A stretch of 64,000 nucleotides of DNA from a virus (lineage: Duplodnaviria; Caudoviricetes): positions 32,001 through 96,000 of the IMG/VR virus record IMGVR_UViG_2622736592_000004. One strand, written 5' to 3'. Positions 45,837-54,490 of this stretch are shown one piece after another. The notes beneath the pieces were generated by a model that ran no database searches, was not told where the DNA came from, and saw nothing but the letters and a program-made list of their open reading frames with translations. How positions within the stretch are numbered: the first letter of the stretch is position 1; each line of letters opens with the position of its first letter. A program made the translations under genes and the position numbers.

Positions 45837-46351
45837 CGACTCAGCTCGCGGGGAAGTCGCGGCGCTTGAGCTTCGGCCGGAGGGGCTGTGTTGGCCTGTG
45901 CCGGGTTGGGGGTGGGCTCGGGTGCCGGGATGCCCCGTTCGGCCGCCACGGGCGCGCTGAGTAGGCTGCGCAGCCGTTCCCCGTGGACGCCTCCCACCTC
46001 GTCGGCGTACTTGGCGACCCGCTCGACCAATTCGGCTAGGACGGCGTTGTGGCGTTTGTTGCTGCGGGCGACGTCGCGGAGGGTGTCCCGGTCCCGGGTG
46101 ACGGTGTCGAGGTCGCGGCGCAGCCTCATGTTGTCGGCGTACACGTCCAGGTCGACGCCGCCAGCGAGGAACCGCCGGTGCAGGTCGGCGATGTGTTCGG
46201 CGATCTCCCGGGACCACATCATGTCGGCGGCCATCACGCCCCCGCTGGCGGGGCTGCGTCCGTCGGTGGTGACAGCCCAGCCGCCGATCTCGTCGTTGGA
46301 GACAGCCGTCCAGGTGGCGGTGAGCATGCGGGTGATGGTGGGGTCGGTCAC
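45833..46351 (-). CDS. Hypothetical coiled-coil protein
   Basis: GGAG RBS, GTGA overlap. Confidence 0.55.
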   Translation of the reverse strand: MTDPTITRMLTATWTAVSNDEIGGWAVTTDGRSPASGGVMAADMMWSREIAEHIADLHRRFLAGGVDLDVYADNMRLRRDLDTVTRDRDTLRDVARSNKRHNAVLAELVERVAKYADEVGGVHGERLRSLLSAPVAAERGIPAPEPTPNPAQANTAPPAEAQAPRLPRELSR

Positions 46352-46722
46352 GGCGTCTCCGTCTCGCGCTCGATCTCGTGTTCGGGCACGCCGAGCAGCG
46401 CGGCAACGTCCCGGGCGGCTGCCTCGACGCCTCGAACGTAGAACTCGTGCACGGCAGCCTTGGCGTAGAGGCGCTGGTCGTCTCGGTTGGCGTTCCACCG
46501 CTCGTGCGCCTTGCGGAAGGCTGCGGTGGCCCGGTATTCGTCGGCGTGCCGCCGCAGATGCCAGTACAGGTGGGTGAGGGTGGCCGTGTAGGCGGCGTCG
46601 GCTGCCGCGCGGAAGCCTTCACCGGTGCCGAGCCCTTCGCGGTCAACGTAGGCGTCTCGGGTGGCGTCGTGTATCGCCTCGGGTGCGGTCGCGCGCAGCG
46701 GCGTGGTGGCGTTGCCGGTCAC
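46348..46722 (-). CDS. Hypothetical protein
   Basis: GTGA overlaps. Confidence 0.55.
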   Translation of the reverse strand: MTGNATTPLRATAPEAIHDATRDAYVDREGLGTGEGFRAAADAAYTATLTHLYWHLRRHADEYRATAAFRKAHERWNANRDDQRLYAKAAVHEFYVRGVEAAARDVAALLGVPEHEIERETETP

Positions 46723-47000
46723 AGCTCGCTCGCCTCTCGCAGCGCCTCCGCGAACGCCTCCCGGCTGTACGGCCACGGAATCAGCTTCGCGTTGAAGAAC
46801 ACCGTGTGCCCCTTGTTCTCCGCTCGCCTCCGGGTGGCCTCGCCGTCGAGGCCGTCGAGGAAGTCGACGAACTTTTCCGCATCCGCCTTGTCGAGGAACG
46901 GAACCAGCTCGTCGGGACCCTCAATGTGAACGGCCCACAGGTCGGGAAGGTCGGGCATGCCGGGTAGGGGTGCGTCTTCGATGAGCGTCGTGGTGGTCAT
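46719..47000 (-). CDS. Hypothetical protein
   Basis: GAGGAGG RBS; LWAVHIEGPDEL. Confidence 0.6.
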   Translation of the reverse strand: MTTTTLIEDAPLPGMPDLPDLWAVHIEGPDELVPFLDKADAEKFVDFLDGLDGEATRRRAENKGHTVFFNAKLIPWPYSREAFAEALREASEL

Positions 47001-47011
47001 GGCGGGCCTCC

Positions 47012-47623
47012 TCAGGCTGGGATGAGTGGTTCGGGTGCGGTGGGATACAGCAGGCGTGCAAGCCCGGTACGGGACGGCAGGGTGACCGTGCGGGCCTCCG
47101 GGTTGATGTGGATGACGGGCAGGCCGGCGCGGTGGGCTTTGGTCAGCGCCGAGTGGGTGCCGCCGTCGAGCTTCGATGGGCACCACACCGCGACCACGGC
47201 GTTGGAGGCCGAGAGCATCCCGTCGTTGCGCTTGTGCAGCAGCCGCACCGCCACCCGCTTGCGGGCGTGCTCGGCCAGGCCGGCGAGGTCCCCGTACACC
47301 ACCTCACGGTCCCGGTCAGCAAGAGCACGTAGCCGCTCCCACTCCGCGACCGCCGCCTCCGGCGCGTACCGCCGCCACCGGTCGGGCTGCTGCGGGAACG
47401 GGATGTGCGCCACGAATGGCACCCCGCCCCGGTGAAGCTTGTCGGCCCACCACATGTCCGCGCCCAACGCCATGCCGGTGATGCCCGTGGTCATGCCGCG
47501 CTCGTCGCGCAGCCAGGCGACACCTCGGCCGAGCTTGTCGCGCACCCAGCCGTGGGCGTCACGTGGAATGTCCTTCGGGCGGTGGCCGGTCACCATCACC
47601 GACGGCCACACCAGGGCGGTCAC
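47012..47623 (-). CDS. SLOG superfamily (YspA/DUF1273-like) protein
   Basis: VTGHRP, GMALGAD, PFPQQ..RW, RNDGM, GGT. Confidence 0.85.
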   Translation of the reverse strand: MTALVWPSVMVTGHRPKDIPRDAHGWVRDKLGRGVAWLRDERGMTTGITGMALGADMWWADKLHRGGVPFVAHIPFPQQPDRWRRYAPEAAVAEWERLRALADRDREVVYGDLAGLAEHARKRVAVRLLHKRNDGMLSASNAVVAVWCPSKLDGGTHSALTKAHRAGLPVIHINPEARTVTLPSRTGLARLLYPTAPEPLIPA

Positions 47624-48663
47624 GGCAGGATCCCCCTCCGCCGCTGCTGCATCTCCCACAACAAGTCACCGGCGACCGGAGAAAGGGACGTGCCCCCACC
47701 CGACAAGTCACCGCCGATGCAGCCGCCACCACGGCCCCGGTAGCCGCAGTCGAAACCCGGCCGCGCGTACGCGCCCTCGTTGCCGGCCAACTCGACCCGA
47801 TGCCAGCAGGGTGCCTCCTGCCGGTACCCGGACGGCCCGTGCAGGCCAGTGCAGAAGGGCCCGGCCGAGCATTCGATCCGCTGGTCGGCGGGCATGCCGT
47901 GCTGCTCGTGGATGAACCTGACACCGGGGCATGAGGCGACACGGACAACGTCGGGGTTGTCGGCCAGCCGGCCGGCGCGCTCGTACTCTTCGGCCCCACC
48001 CCAACAGGCGGCGCGGCCGGCGTGGAACGTGGGCCCGGGAGCGCCCGGCACAAGCCGCGACTCCTCCGGGAACGTCACCGTCTTCTGCCGGGTGCTGATC
48101 GGCTCCAGGCAGTGGGCGCACACCCCCGGCTGGGCGGTCGCCATCAGCCGGTCCATCTTCCGCAACTGGTGTTGGGTGAGAACCGCCTGGTCGATCTCCT
48201 GACACGGCCACGGATGCCCGTGGCACGAGCACGTTTGGTAGGGGTCCGGCAGGCGGTGCCACTGGTTGCGGTGCGGCCAAGACGTGAAGTGGATCTCGCG
48301 GGTGCCGTCGTGGAGCCGGATGAACCCTCGTCCCTCGCCCGGTTTGATGATCAGCGGCCCGTTGTGGTGTCGCAGCACGAGGTGGAACGGCCGGTTGCGG
48401 GCGTAGGCGAGGTCGCGCTTCTCGCCGGTCAGGTGGGCGACGGACGCGTCGAGCTTCGCCCGCTGCTTGTCGGTCAGGTCGACGTCCGCGTAGGGGCGGG
48501 TTTCGTGGACGAGCCACGCCGCGTACCGCCACGCCACCAAGTCGCCGACCTCAGGGCGGGTGCAGCCGTACGAGTCGCGGCGGTTGCTGCGCGCCGGGGC
48601 CCACTGGTCGGGGTCTTGCGCGCCGTTGTTGTGCAGTCCGGGCAGGGGCAGTTCCTCGGTCAC
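47620..48663 (-). CDS. Cys/His-rich hypothetical protein
   Basis: 347 aa; CSCHGHPWPC, CAHC...H....C. Confidence 0.65.
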   Translation of the reverse strand: MTEELPLPGLHNNGAQDPDQWAPARSNRRDSYGCTRPEVGDLVAWRYAAWLVHETRPYADVDLTDKQRAKLDASVAHLTGEKRDLAYARNRPFHLVLRHHNGPLIIKPGEGRGFIRLHDGTREIHFTSWPHRNQWHRLPDPYQTCSCHGHPWPCQEIDQAVLTQHQLRKMDRLMATAQPGVCAHCLEPISTRQKTVTFPEESRLVPGAPGPTFHAGRAACWGGAEEYERAGRLADNPDVVRVASCPGVRFIHEQHGMPADQRIECSAGPFCTGLHGPSGYRQEAPCWHRVELAGNEGAYARPGFDCGYRGRGGGCIGGDLSGGGTSLSPVAGDLLWEMQQRRRGILP

Positions 48664-49007
48664 GACGGCACCTCCCCGGCGTGCAGGTCCAGGGCGTAGC
48701 GGGCGGCCTCACCACGGCGCACCGCCCTCCCCAACACCTGCCGCACCGCCGCCAGCAGATCCGTGTATTCGGGGTCCGTGTCGTCGGTGGGCACGAGCAG
48801 CGACCCGCGCAGCTCAGCCGAACCGGGCCAACCCATCCGCACGTAGCCGCGACCGTGGCCGGCAGTCGTGAACCCGGCGGCAGTCAGGGCGGCCACCAGG
48901 CGGGTGCCCTCGTTCTCGCGGCCGGGACACTCGCGGCGGAGCACGGGCGGGTCCCCGTAGTGCTCGTGAGGGCCGTGCGGGCTGGTGTCGGTGCAGAACT
49001 CGGTCAC
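48660..49007 (-). CDS. Hypothetical protein
   Basis: C....PHGPH...CPG; GTGA overlaps. Confidence 0.55.
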   Translation of the reverse strand: MTEFCTDTSPHGPHEHYGDPPVLRRECPGRENEGTRLVAALTAAGFTTAGHGRGYVRMGWPGSAELRGSLLVPTDDTDPEYTDLLAAVRQVLGRAVRRGEAARYALDLHAGEVPS

Positions 49008-49207
49008 AACTCTGCCCCTTCTTGCGACTGCTCGGCGGCCGGCTTGTCGTAGCGGCACACCTCGGCAGTCGGCGCACCACGCCAGTACGTGCCCGACGCC
49101 GGACACAACTGGCAGGCCAGAATGTGACCGGCAACCCCCGGGCGGGTCGGAAATGCGCACGCCACCGGCGGGTTCCCGCTGGACTCGGACACGACTTCCA
49201 CGCTCAT
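49004..49207 (-). CDS. Hypothetical protein
   Basis: ILACQLCPASGTYWR. Confidence 0.5.
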   Translation of the reverse strand: MSVEVVSESSGNPPVACAFPTRPGVAGHILACQLCPASGTYWRGAPTAEVCRYDKPAAEQSQEGAEL

Positions 49208-49404
49208 GCGGCAGCCTCCAAACGGATGGTCTGGGCGGGGGTCAGCGGCGGGCAATCCGCCGGGTCGTGCCCGCACACACCGGGCACCAGGACGGTGATC
49301 CCGTCACGGGCAGCCGTCACACGGCCATCCGCGCGGAAGGTCACCTCGTAGTCGTTGCGGGCCAGGAAATCGGCCGCCATCCACACCCCACACGCGGTGG
49401 TCAC
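49204..49404 (-). CDS. Hypothetical protein
   Basis: Coupled overlaps. Confidence 0.45.
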   Translation of the reverse strand: MTTACGVWMAADFLARNDYEVTFRADGRVTAARDGITVLVPGVCGHDPADCPPLTPAQTIRLEAAA

Positions 49405-49567
49405 GGCACGTACCCCGGTTCTCCGGCGAGGCTGCCGTACGGGGCGTCGTCGAGTGACGGGCAGCGGCACGCCTCATGTCCGCAGCGGCGGCAGGAGTGC
49501 AGCTCGTCTCCTTCGAGGCGGCGCGGCTCCGGGCTGGCGGATGCGGCACGAGAGTGCCCTGTCGCGG

Positions 49568-49984
49568 TCACGCCGCAGCCTCCGCCCCGGTCACCCGCTG
49601 CATGAAGTACACCCAGTCGGTGGCGTTGAACCAGTTCTTGCCGTACAGATGCGCCGTCCACCCCACCAGGTCGCGCAGCGTCTGACAACGAGTCAGGTCG
49701 ATCGTGTAGCAGGTCACGCACGAGTGGCAGCAGGCGTTGCAGTCCACCCGCCAGTGCTCCCGTCGCGGTGCGAGAAGCATCTGCACCACCGAGACCCGCG
49801 CCAACCCGGGCCTGCCCTCGCCCCTGTTCCATTCGTCGATGCGGCGTTCCGTCTCCCGCACCTGCCTCAAGTCGATGTGGATGGCACCACCGCCGACGAT
49901 CGGCTGCCGGCAGGTGTCGCAGGTCCAGTCCACGACCTCCGGGCTGATCGCCCGTTGCGGCAGACGCCTCACGTTGTCATTCAT
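49568..49984 (-). CDS. Hypothetical Cys-containing protein
   Basis: WTCDTC...WTAHLYGKNW; coupled to dnaB stop. Confidence 0.6.
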   Translation of the reverse strand: MNDNVRRLPQRAISPEVVDWTCDTCRQPIVGGGAIHIDLRQVRETERRIDEWNRGEGRPGLARVSVVQMLLAPRREHWRVDCNACCHSCVTCYTIDLTRCQTLRDLVGWTAHLYGKNWFNATDWVYFMQRVTGAEAAA

Positions 49985-51351
49985 CGGTAGTCGTCCTCCT
50001 CGTTGGTCCAGTCGGTGAAGCGCGCGAAGTGCAGTTGGGCGGCCACCGTCACCGTGTCCATGGGCCCATTCCGGTGCTTGGCGATGATGTAGTCGGCTTC
50101 GCCTGCCCGTTCGCATTCCGAGTCGTAGTAGTCGTCGCGGTGCAGCAGGATGACCACGTCGGCTTCCTGTTCGATCTCGCCGCTGTCGCGCATGTCAGAC
50201 AGTTGGGGGCGCTTGTCGGAGCGCTTCTCGGCCTCACGGTTGAGCTGTGACGGCACGACCACCGCCGCACCCAGCTCCCCGCCGAGGGTTTTGAACTCCC
50301 GCGCCCACGAACCCACCTCAAGGTCCCGGCGGTCAAACTTCGCCGAAGACCGGATCCGTTGCAGGTAGTCGACGAACCAGATGGCCAGCGCACCCTGCCG
50401 CTGGTGGAAGCGGCGGGCAGACGCGCGGATCGCCTCGATGGTGCGGGACTGGTCGTCCAGGTGCAGCGGCCACCCGTCCACGATCTTCTTGGCCTCGCGT
50501 GCCCGGGTCAGGTCGTCTTCGGTGAGCCGACCCGTCGTGAACGCGTTCAGGTTGATCTCACCGACGCGGGACAGCAGCCGCCACCACAGTTCCCGCTTGC
50601 TCATCTCCAGGGTGTTCACCAGCACCGGAAGGCCACGCCGGGCGGCGGCCACCGCAAATCCGAGGCCAGCAGTCGACTTGCCCATCCCAGGGCGACCGGC
50701 CGGAATGATGAGCTGGCCAGGCAGGAACCCGCCCAGCAGCTTGTCCAACTGACCCAGGCCCGTGGTGATCCCGTGCGGCACATCCCCGGCGGCCACCCGC
50801 TCCAGGTATGCCATCTCGTCGTCGGAGAATTCACTGACCCGCTCCACACCGTCGGCGAGCGTCAGACCGGAGGCGGCGTCGGCGAGGTCACGCTGCGCTG
50901 CGTCCACCACCGCGTCGACAGGCCGCGACAGGTCGCGGGTGTGGTAGGCCCCCCGCAGCAGCGACTCGTGGGCTTTGCGGCGACGCGACCAGTCCTTGAC
51001 GATCCGCGCGTAGAACACCGGCGAGCCGGGGTTGCGCAGCACATCCTCGGTGAGCTTCGTCAGATAGGGCAGGCCCCCGCACCGTTCCAACTGCTTGCCC
51101 TCGTCAAGCACGCGGGCAACAGCGATCGGTGAGGTGGGTTCCTCAGCGGACCATTGGCCGAGGATCGCGGTGAAGATGTCGTTGTGGATCGGCAGGAACA
51201 TGTCGAGTTCGGTGACCACCTCCACCACGTCGTCGCAGGCGCGGGGGTTCATCATCATCGCCCCGAGGACGGCCCGTTCGGCGGCGAGGTCCGCCATGTG
51301 CTGCTGCTGGGCTTCCGTGGTGGCGAGGTCGTCGGCTACGCGGCTAGGCAT
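49981..51351 (-). CDS. dnaB: Replicative DNA helicase
   Basis: AERAVLGAM, AGRPGMGKS, LEMS, VDYLQ, SQLNR, RDSGEIEQEAD, AKHRNGP. Confidence 0.95.
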   Translation of the reverse strand: MPSRVADDLATTEAQQQHMADLAAERAVLGAMMMNPRACDDVVEVVTELDMFLPIHNDIFTAILGQWSAEEPTSPIAVARVLDEGKQLERCGGLPYLTKLTEDVLRNPGSPVFYARIVKDWSRRRKAHESLLRGAYHTRDLSRPVDAVVDAAQRDLADAASGLTLADGVERVSEFSDDEMAYLERVAAGDVPHGITTGLGQLDKLLGGFLPGQLIIPAGRPGMGKSTAGLGFAVAAARRGLPVLVNTLEMSKRELWWRLLSRVGEINLNAFTTGRLTEDDLTRAREAKKIVDGWPLHLDDQSRTIEAIRASARRFHQRQGALAIWFVDYLQRIRSSAKFDRRDLEVGSWAREFKTLGGELGAAVVVPSQLNREAEKRSDKRPQLSDMRDSGEIEQEADVVILLHRDDYYDSECERAGEADYIIAKHRNGPMDTVTVAAQLHFARFTDWTNEEDDYR

Positions 51352-52255
51352 CGGCGGTCACCTCCTTCCGGGTTCCGTGTGCTTCGGCTCGGCACAGGCC
51401 GCATCTGCCGGCGCGTTGGCCGCGATGCTTCGGGCAGATGTCTTGCCGGGGGATGCGGCGGGGGGCGTTGGACTCGGCCACCCCGGGCTGCCCCCGGTAG
51501 GGCGCGTTCATCGGCGGGTACAGGCCCGGAGGCGGGGCTTCGTCTCGCCACAGTTCCCCGTTCAGCCAGCCGTCGGGGTGCTTGACGTACCGGTACTCAA
51601 TGCGTTCCCGCTTCACGCGCTCCGCGTATCGCTGGGCACCGAGGATGATCTCTTCGGGGTCGTGCTTCTGCTTGATCGCCGACGCCCAACGGAGCCGAGC
51701 CGTCTTCTTGGACGTCTTCTTCGGGTACGCCGCCCAGAACCTGGCCCAGTTCGGGTCGTCGTCTGAGCCGGGCTTGGGAGTGGATGGCTTGGGTGGTTCC
51801 TCGAACAGGCCGTTCGAGGAAGATGGTTCTTTAAGGTCGGGTCGGGTCGGGTCGGGGTTAGGCGCACTTCCCGCGAAGTTCTCGTGCACGTTCGCGCGAA
51901 CATCTTGCGAACCTGCGTTGCGGTGTTCGCGGACCCGCCGCATTCGCTCACGCGCGGCTTCCCGCTTCACAAGCACCGACTCAGCCGACGGCTGATGCTC
52001 GCCCCACTGATGAAACCGCCAGCCCTTGTCGCCGCCCTGCTCGTCCTCCACCCACAAGCCGGCGCGAACCAATGCGGCGGCGTGTTCCCGATAGTCGGTG
52101 TCGAGGCGGGCAGCGATGTAGTCAGGCACCCACCCGTCGGTGAGCTGGTTGGACGACCAGGATCCTGCGAGCGCCCACAGGCCCATCGCGGGGACTCCTG
52201 CGCGAACGGCCTTCATGTGGGCGTGGAGCCCGTCATCAACCCTGAACCAGGTCAT
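51344..52255 (-). CDS. Phage replication initiator
   Basis: WFRVDD..H.H.K; PDPTRPD linker; FWAAYPKK...HPDGWLNGELW. Confidence 0.8.
   Translation of the reverse strand: MTWFRVDDGLHAHMKAVRAGVPAMGLWALAGSWSSNQLTDGWVPDYIAARLDTDYREHAAALVRAGLWVEDEQGGDKGWRFHQWGEHQPSAESVLVKREAARERMRRVREHRNAGSQDVRANVHENFAGSAPNPDPTRPDLKEPSSSNGLFEEPPKPSTPKPGSDDDPNWARFWAAYPKKTSKKTARLRWASAIKQKHDPEEIILGAQRYAERVKRERIEYRYVKHPDGWLNGELWRDEAPPPGLYPPMNAPYRGQPGVAESNAPRRIPRQDICPKHRGQRAGRCGLCRAEAHGTRKEVTADA
51836..51935. repeat. Putative iterons/origin inside initiator gene
   Basis: (GGGTC)n run plus clustered GTTCGC/GCGAA(C) motifs in both orientations. Confidence 0.45.
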
Positions 52256-52385
52256 CAGCGTCGTGTCTTCCGTGTAGAGAGGTTCGAGCCCGGGGAAGGG
52301 CGGAGTGCGCGCCGGGGCGTCTAACGTGGCCGCCCCGGCACCGAAGTTCGTCACCGCGCGGTTACATCGACGCCCAGGCGTGGGC

Positions 52386-52754
52386 TCACCGGGTCACCGC
52401 CAGGTCCCGCAGGTTGATCGGCAGCCCCTCCGAAGCGCACTCCGGGCACCCGCCTACGCACAGCTCCACCCAGTGGGTTTGCCGGTAGCAGAGGTGGCAG
52501 AGCTTCTTGCCGTGGCTGGAGCAGCAGGTGCCGGTGGCGGCGGTGTCGGTGCAGCGCTCGCAGGGGTTGGCAGCAGCGGCGATGTGCCGAGCCAGCATGT
52601 CTCGGTGGCTTTCCACGCCTGCGCATTCGTGTTCGATGGACCGGTCGAACACCTTCTGGGCGTCGCCGCACCCCCGGCTGGACCATCCGCAGTGCGAGCA
52701 GGTGACCCGCGCGCCGTCGGTGCCGGAGGTGAAGCCGAACAGTCGCCGCTTCAC
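52386..52754 (-). CDS. Cys-rich hypothetical protein
   Basis: CSHCG, CERC, CCSSH..LCHLC, CPEC. Confidence 0.55.
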   Translation of the reverse strand: MKRRLFGFTSGTDGARVTCSHCGWSSRGCGDAQKVFDRSIEHECAGVESHRDMLARHIAAAANPCERCTDTAATGTCCSSHGKKLCHLCYRQTHWVELCVGGCPECASEGLPINLRDLAVTR

Positions 52755-53251
52755 TGGGCCACCGCCGCAGCACGGTTGACATCCCCGGCAGCGATCCGCG
52801 CCTTGGTCGCCTCGGCGATCAACTGCTGCACCGACGTGGACCCGGACTCGCTGGGGGCCGGGACGGGCACGACAACCTCGGGGACCTCGCAGCAGTCGCA
52901 GCTTCGGCCGAGCCACTGCTTGGTGTCGGCGAGGGTGTACCGGCCGGCGTCGGTGTGGTGGCTGCGGTATCCGGACCCGGCGGGCCCCCACCACATGTCG
53001 TGGTGGTGGGACCAGATCAGGTACAGGTCGGGGTCGGTGGCCGGCGGTGTAGAGAGTGCGACAAGCTGTTCGGCTGCCTGCCGGAGGGCTTCCAGGTCGC
53101 GGGCGTAGAGCGGGGCGCGGCCGATGAGGTCGTACAGGCCGTCGCCGTTGGCGCGGATGTACTCGCCGATGCGCTCGGCGGCGCGGGCCAGGTCGGGCAG
53201 GTCGGTGGTGTGAGGGTCGATGCCGTCGGGCTGGTCGGGGATGGCGCTCAT
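52751..53251 (-). CDS. Hypothetical protein
   Basis: YLIWSHHHDMWWGP...GY......AGRYT. Confidence 0.65.
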   Translation of the reverse strand: MSAIPDQPDGIDPHTTDLPDLARAAERIGEYIRANGDGLYDLIGRAPLYARDLEALRQAAEQLVALSTPPATDPDLYLIWSHHHDMWWGPAGSGYRSHHTDAGRYTLADTKQWLGRSCDCCEVPEVVVPVPAPSESGSTSVQQLIAEATKARIAAGDVNRAAAVAQ

Positions 53252-53448
53252 CGGGCCACCGCCTCGTTCGGGTCCGGCTGGCCCGGCTCGGTCTCCCACT
53301 GCCGGTTCTCGATGTCCGACTGGGCCGAGTAGAGGGCGGCATCGACGTCGGACCAGGTCCCCGACGAGCCGAAGCCGATCTCCGTGAAGTCGGCCTCTTC
53401 GGGCAGGCGGCGCTCGATCGTGTAGTTGATGCGGTATTCGGCCGTCAT
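53248..53448 (-). CDS. Hypothetical acidic protein
   Basis: GGGAGG RBS; first gene after promoter. Confidence 0.6.
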   Translation of the reverse strand: MTAEYRINYTIERRLPEEADFTEIGFGSSGTWSDVDAALYSAQSDIENRQWETEPGQPDPNEAVAR

Positions 53449-53594
53449 GGTGCCTCCCTTGGGGTTGCTGATGCGGTCAGCAGTGGCTGACTCGTGCGTG
53501 TCTCGGTTGATGCGAGGTCTTCTGCGCGGGTCGAGAGCGCGACCGCGTCTCGGCGGTGGTGTGCGGCCGGTTCGGTTGACCGCTCGACTTGCAC

Positions 53595-53703
53595 ACCGTA
53601 CCGTATTCCTTAAGACATTTCCAAGACAAGCCGTGAGGGATTGCTGATGAACGTGATGCTGGAGGCGAACCCGTACGAGACTCCTGGTGGAGACCTGTAC
53701 GAT
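53595..53703. promoter_or_regulatory. Divergent promoters (replication operon / Phd-like gene)
   Basis: Minus TTGTCT-N18-TACGGT (53629-53600); plus TACGAT 53698-53703; three GTAC cores. Confidence 0.55.
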
Positions 53704-53709
53704 TCGGGC

Positions 53710-53895
53710 GTGGCGAAGGTGGAACCGATCCAGGTCGAGGAAGCACGCAAGAACCTGGGGAAGTTGCTGGAGCAGGCCGAAGAGTCCGGAACCCACTTCG
53801 CCCTGTCCAAGTACGGCAAGACGAAGGGCTTCTTCGTGCCCACCGCCGACTACCGGCGGTACCGGGAACTCGACGGCGACCCCACCGACCTGTAG
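53710..53895 (+). CDS. Orphan Phd/YefM-family antitoxin-like DNA-binding protein
   Basis: IQVEEARKNLGKLLEQAE...FALSKYGK....VP..DY. Confidence 0.8.
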   Translation: MAKVEPIQVEEARKNLGKLLEQAEESGTHFALSKYGKTKGFFVPTADYRRYRELDGDPTDL

Positions 53896-53914
53896 CCGGC
53901 TCGCAGACCAGTCG

Positions 53915-53944
53915 AGCCCGACGCCCCCGCAGCGTCGGGCTTTC
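53915..53944. terminator. Hairpin terminator after Phd-like gene
   Basis: AGCCCGACGC / GCGTCGGGCT followed by TTC. Confidence 0.65.
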
Positions 53945-53957
53945 GTGCTGCCCCCCA

Positions 53958-54140
53958 TCACCCGACACCCCCACGCCGCTTCACCGCAGTCCGGTTGTGC
54001 CAATGACCCGCGCACAGGTACGGCTCCAACCGGTCGAACTGGTGCCTGCGGTTGCCGACTTTTCCGGCGGCCAACGCGGCGGCGATCCGGTCCGGGTAGC
54101 GGATCTTCTTCGGGGTGGGGCACACCCGAGGCGCGGACAT
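53958..54140 (-). CDS. Small basic protein
   Basis: CPTPKKIRY...YLC.GHWH. Confidence 0.55.
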   Translation of the reverse strand: MSAPRVCPTPKKIRYPDRIAAALAAGKVGNRRHQFDRLEPYLCAGHWHNRTAVKRRGGVG

Positions 54141-54490
54141 CAGCGCATCACCGCCCATCCGGCCACCTCGTAGCCGTCCAACAACGCGCCCATCGAGGTG
54201 TCCCGCCACACCCGGTCGGTGGGGCTGGCAGGCCGCCGGCCATCCCACGTCGTCTCACACACGACCGTCGCCCCGTCGGAGCGTCGGCGTATCTCACCCA
54301 CCACGGGGGCGGGCAGCAGCCCGTGGGGGCAACGCGCACACCGGCGGGTTTCGGCGGCGTCCGGGGTGATGCGGCCGGTGGGGACACGCTGACCGGGCCG
54401 GTGGCAGGCGAGCACCGTCCACGACGCGTCGGTGGTGACGATGAGGTGTTGGGCACCCCAGCCGGTGGCAGTCCACCCGCCGGGGGTCAC
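54140..54490 (-). CDS. Hypothetical protein
   Basis: Coupled overlaps. Confidence 0.5.
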   Translation of the reverse strand: MTPGGWTATGWGAQHLIVTTDASWTVLACHRPGQRVPTGRITPDAAETRRCARCPHGLLPAPVVGEIRRRSDGATVVCETTWDGRRPASPTDRVWRDTSMGALLDGYEVAGWAVMR

